A DNA stretch of 64,000 nt from Lepidodermella squamata (lineage: Eukaryota > Animalia > Gastrotricha). The notes beneath the pieces are model-generated. The model saw nothing but the letters and a program-made list of their open reading frames with translations, did no database searches and had not been told where the DNA came from. Where the stretch lies: contig JBLDXI010000017.1 in assembly GCA_047495785.1 (NCBI GenBank), positions 2,666,001-2,730,000 of the forward strand, given 5' to 3'. Positions within the stretch are counted from its first letter, which is position 1. Each line of letters opens with the position of its first letter. Positions 59,025 through 64,000 of this stretch are shown here, one piece after another. A program made the translations under genes and the position numbers.

Positions 59025-62000
59025 TCATCGAAAGCACGAAAACAGCCGGCGAAATGATCGGCGCATTGACCGCTGCGCTAGCCGACCCATTTCGGACTGC
59101 GACGGCGAGAAACTGCTGCCTTCCGTAGGCGAACGCGCTCCGGTGGTTTTCGGCGAAATTGAGCCGACGCCAGTACCAAAAGACGGCCGACAATCCGTGG
59201 CAGTTTCATCCACCGACGAAGCACCAGGCTCGTCGATCGGAGGCAGCAGGGCCAATAGTCCCGAATCTAAAAATAATAAATTATGATACGTCCACCTTAA
59301 AGATTTCAATTTACAATTTTTTGCCGAGCCTGCGCCGTCCACGCTTTCCCGCCCCGTTGCGGAACTGCACGAACTGCGACCAGATAAACGCTGCTGGTCG
59401 CTTGGTCCGCCGATGACCAAACTTCCGGCGCGGAATTGATTCACCCGCTCGTTAGCGTGGAGCGTCGAAAGCGTACCACTGGCAGCAGCGTTTTCCAAGT
59501 TTGCTAAAACCTGAGCGTACTGTTGCTCGAGCTCGTTTTCGAGTTTCCGCCGCCAGTCCTCCAGCTCACGCTGTCTGTCGTCATAACAGCGCTTCAGACG
59601 ATCCTCCATAGTTTGAGCTGCTTCTTTCATCTAAATAAGAAAAATTTCCTAAAAAATCACGAAAGCCAGACAATGATTGCTTACATTAGTTATTTCATCA
59701 ACCGCCCGATCAACGAGCTCCTGTTGAAGCTGCCGTTTCCGGCGACCCAATTCCTCCTTTTGGCTATCAGCCGGTAGAGAAGACGCCAACTCAGTAATAG
59801 CAGCCGATGAGGAAACCTCCTTAAGCTTGGCCGAACGCTCGCGTGACAACAGCCGCCTCAACTCGCGCTCCTCCGTTCGAAACATCTGCGCTAGAACTTT
59901 GCTCCGTTCACTGAATATCGCATTCAGTTGCTGAAGCGCGGCCGCTGCTTGCAGTTCGGTGTATTTCACAGCCACGCCTCGTTGTTCAGCGTAACATTTC
60001 CGCCACATTGCAACAACTTTTTCCTGCATTAAATTAGGAATATGTTAAAATATAAAAAATCCGCCTTAAAAAATTACGTTTTTAACAGGATCTGTACTGT
60101 CGCTAACGTCGGCTTTCGCGCATTTCCTCCGCAGCATATTTAAAAGCTGATCGCGTTTCTTCGCCAACTTTACTACAGAAGAAGAGTTGTAGATTTCGGA
60201 GGCTTGCGGCAGCTCTTCCGGGCGTTGTCTTTGAATTCGCTCGAGGCCAGCAGATGACAGGCGGCAATTGCGATTTCCAAGCGGCTTTTCCGCCAGCTCG
60301 CTCGTAACTGTCAACGACTGTCGAACAACTGGCGCGGGAACGCTTAACGGGTTGTTCAGCGACGAGCCAGCCGATGCTACAGGGTTTGAATGTGTAGCTA
60401 GTAGCGCCATTTTCGCGTTCGAGGTGTTCGAAGTCAACGAACTCGAGTTAAGGGTCGGTGATTGCGCAACGCCGGGTGGAAAAAGCGGCAAAGCTTGCAG
60501 TTCGGCACTCTCGTCCACATCTAGAACTTCAAGCTGCTTAGCGCGGGCATCTAGTTTCGACATATACGCGATCGGATTGGCTAAGGCGTCGGCCAATTCG
60601 CGATGCTTATCGGCTAAAAAGTCGTGCGCTTTTACGTAGACTAGCAGCGATGCGGCTGGAATAGGCTGGTTCGCCTCTGAGCGCAGGCCGATGAAGCGAT
60701 AGCCGGGTTTCAGCTGCTCGACAGGCAAGATGCGATGGCCAATCAGCTTGCCCGTATCATCGTAGACGACAAACCGCAGAATAGCAAGCCGTGGTAGCAC
60801 AACCTTGTTGAACACGAAGTTATCTGAGCTGAAAACGGGGTTCAACCCGTTGTTTTGCACTAGCTTGGTACGGAATTTTTTCCGAACACTGTCTGACGGC
60901 AGGCCGAACATTTCCACCTCGCAGTATGTTGAAATTCGCCGCGGCGATAGAAATTGGCCCGATACAATGCGAACTTGAACCGTTGCTGCTACTACGCTGT
61001 GATCCGTCGCAGACTCAAGGAAAGGGCTGAAATTCGCCGATTTTTGGACCATACACGCCGGTTTCAACAGGTAACCACACCGGCCGTTGAATTCGAAACA
61101 GCCGAGATATAACTGCATGCCCAGATCGAGAATTTGATAATTCAACGCCACCATTTGACAGCCGGCAACCCAGAATAGAAACGGCAGGTAGTTATGCGAG
61201 TCGACGCGGGTTCCACGCGGGTAGACGCGCGATAATTGCCGCTTGTTGTAGTTGACAAATTCGACAGGGTACAGTTTGAGCAGGTTGAAGCACGTCGTTT
61301 CAGAAATCGACGACGTCTCGAATGAGTGATTTCGAACAGCGGCATTCTCGAAGGAGATGAAATGAACTGGTTGGATGTAATTAACCAGGTCCGATAGGTC
61401 CTTAACAGCTGCATAGATCGCGTGTTGTTTCGAAGGCCGTCGAATGCTGCTGTCTTTCAGGCCCGGTTTCGAAGAGATAATCGAGGCGCTAGTCGACATG
61501 TTGCTTTCGAGCGGGTTCATCAAACTGTTCGAACTCAACGACGGTACCAGCGCGTTTTGCTGAGGCGCTAGGTTCGACGAGGCAGCCGCCGATATCACAC
61601 TGCCACTAGCTATGGAATGCGGCGCGGGTGGGTATTCGTCGCCTGAATCTGCCTCCGGGTCGCTTTCGACCTGAATTGTCGCTTGATGGACGACGGTCGT
61701 TGTCGTACTCGCTGTTAGACTGCCCTCATCTACAGTCGACTGCACCATAGGCGACGATGTTTCCACAACACTACTCGGTTCAGATTTGTTTTTACACGAG
61801 CTGTTTGAATCAGCTCGGTTACGATAGGCAGCTTTATCCGATAGAGAAATCGCACTTGCCAGTGATTGCTGTTGCTGCTGCTGTTGATTCATAGCTTGCG
61901 CTGAGATTTTCTTGTTTTTTATCAATATCCTCCTCAATAACATTGAGGGTGGAGGTAAAGGCACTCCTGGTTCCAACGGGTGGCTTGGCAGTGGATCGGT

Positions 62001-63516
62001 CAACAACGCCGGGCCGAAAACGGTGCGGAGATGCTGCGCAATTTTCGTCTGCTGCTTAGGCGAGCAGTGATTCTCCAGCGACAAAATGACCGGGTAATCA
62101 CTGGTGCGGAACGCGCACTCGTTAATCGCGTCCAGCGCTTCTCTCAACGGAATTTCGGTAACCATGGTGAAGCCGTGTTTAATAATCGGCTCTTCGTCCG
62201 GCTGCCGACCGTCCCAGCAGTCGAGTTCGACACATCGACAACCGGATAACAGGACCTGTCTATACATTTCAACAGACGACTTGCCGGTCAGCTGGTGCCC
62301 GGTTAAATACGTGTTGTGGGAAGATGCGATGTAGTAGTGACTGAGCGGGTGGCTCATTTCGTGGCTGAGGTCGAGCTCGTCGAAAGGCGCTGCGTTGTTG
62401 TCCTCGGAAATCAGCAGTTGAATGAAGCCGTGCAGCGACAGCCGCTCAGCTTTGCGCAGCTCTTCGTCCGGCTCGAAGCGTTCGATCAGCGGCCGCACGC
62501 GTTGTTCGGTCCAGTACGGGTAGAGCAGCTCGTTGAGACGCGGGTCTCGCTGGTGCTTGTTCAAAAACTCGACCAGCTTGTCGATGGGCATCGATGGGTT
62601 CGATTCGTTCGCCTGCCCCGTCAGCTCTTCGAAAATTTGCTGAACATCTTGCTTAAAAGATAGCGAACAGCAAAACTCGATAAAACGCGGCAAGACCAGC
62701 TGGTCCGCGGGTATGAAATCGCCGTTCGCAGAAACATTTATTCCAGCGTCCCTCAGGCACTTAATAACACGATCTTTGTCCTCTTTGTGAAGCGCAAACA
62801 GTTTAAGGAGGCTGAAATATAAATTATTAATTATTTCTTTTAGTCGGGAAAATTTGAAGCTACTCACTTTTTCATCGCTACCTTTCCTTCCTGTTGAGTA
62901 TAGAAGAGTTTAGACCATGCTCTTTCGTAGAAAATTCCAACGCTGCAGTTGACGGACAAAATATTGTAAGCGTAAGAAAATAATTCTTGGCACCAAAGCT
63001 GCAAATAAAAATAATGATATGAAATTATCAGGGTAAAATTAAAAATTCTAACCTTAGCAATTTCAGCAGTTCCAGCCACAAAACTCGCCCACTGTAAATT
63101 GACGAAATCGTTTCCCCAACAAATAGTAACGGCCTTCTCCTCGATAGGGCACAACGAATCGCCGAAGGTAGACACAACATCGTTAACTTTGTTATCCTTA
63201 GGCAACCGCGCCAGCTTGCCGGTTCGAACATCTCTCAGCGTGTACAAATCGATGTAATCAGTCTCATGCTGGCCCGTTTGAACGTCCTTCCAATAAGCGA
63301 TGTAGCCTTTTGGGTCCACTTTGAGCAGAACAAAGTAGCAACTGACTGCATTAGGATTATCCTTAACAAAAAATGAGATGAAATTAGGGGTGAAAAACTG
63401 CTTAATTAATTGCGTACCTCATCAATCTTGACGAATTTGCTTCCCATAACCAAGTCAGGATGAACCTGAGGCAATTTCAGCTGGCACAAATGGACGCCTG
63501 GTTTTGCCCCGGCCAT
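59025..63516 (-). CDS. PLCB: Phosphoinositide phospholipase C beta
   Basis: Start MAGAKPGVHLCQL; QRDPRLNELLYP; X box SSHNTYL...GCRCVELDCWDG; Y box LSRVYPRGTRVDSHNY; C2 domain; coiled-coil tail; multiple ~50-bp introns. Confidence 0.96.
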
Positions 63517-64000
63517 GACTGGTCACGAATCAATCAGCGAAGCCAAGATGCAATCGTATGCCAGGCAGTATTCGCTAAGCACATAGTATGATGCTGCCCA
63601 TTATACGCGCCTGGATTCGCAACGAGAAGCAACAAAAAACACTCGAATGCCGTGTTTTGTTGCCGCTCTCTATCTCTCCCTGCGTCTTTCTCTCTTATAT
63701 ATTATCTATCTAAAGGCAATAACAATAATAATATTGATACATACTCGGCAAGCGAGAAAAAATATGTAGAAAATGCAACTGGATGTTGCCAAGTAGGGAT
63801 ACACGATGTAACCCATACGATGATGGAAATAATCGTTATCACCGTCATCATAATCATGAGAGGTGAAGCGGTTATCGTTCGAATTCTATGTAGTGGCGGC
63901 AGCAATAGGTAGTGGAATGCACATGCGCGTAAAAATAAACTGCGCTCTAGTGAAGAATCATGCGGAAACACATTTATAGCCTATGGGCAATTTGCTGACA

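Overview
Gene-dense window from a compact eukaryotic genome, most likely an invertebrate animal (mostly ~50-60 bp GT-AG introns; PLC-beta, sushi domains). It holds four housekeeping genes (p31comet/MAD2L1BP, proteasome Rpt3/PSMC4, PGAP3/Per1, PLC-beta), two small orphan genes and an intronless PRISE/progesterone-5beta-reductase-type SDR (horizontal-transfer candidate). Two unusual systems stand out. (1) A cluster of four paralogous ankyrin-repeat genes that all begin with signal-peptide-like leaders and show no evident transmembrane segment. Two are giants (>3,990 aa and ~4,350 aa) and two are sushi/CCP-ankyrin fusions. They are built from a three-ankyrin super-repeat, have mostly phase-1 introns, and the giants carry a covarying C-x24-C pair suggesting disulfide-stapled extracellular ankyrins. 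(2) A ~10.5 kb insertion that splits one sushi-ankyrin gene in mid-repeat. It carries an intact spliced RPA70-like OB-fold gene and an intact triple-RRM/GIY-YIG endonuclease fusion gene, plus two inverted, outward-facing CCAAT/TATA-like modules, with no recognisable transposase, RT or Rep. All gene models and domain calls were made by eye; no database searches were run.
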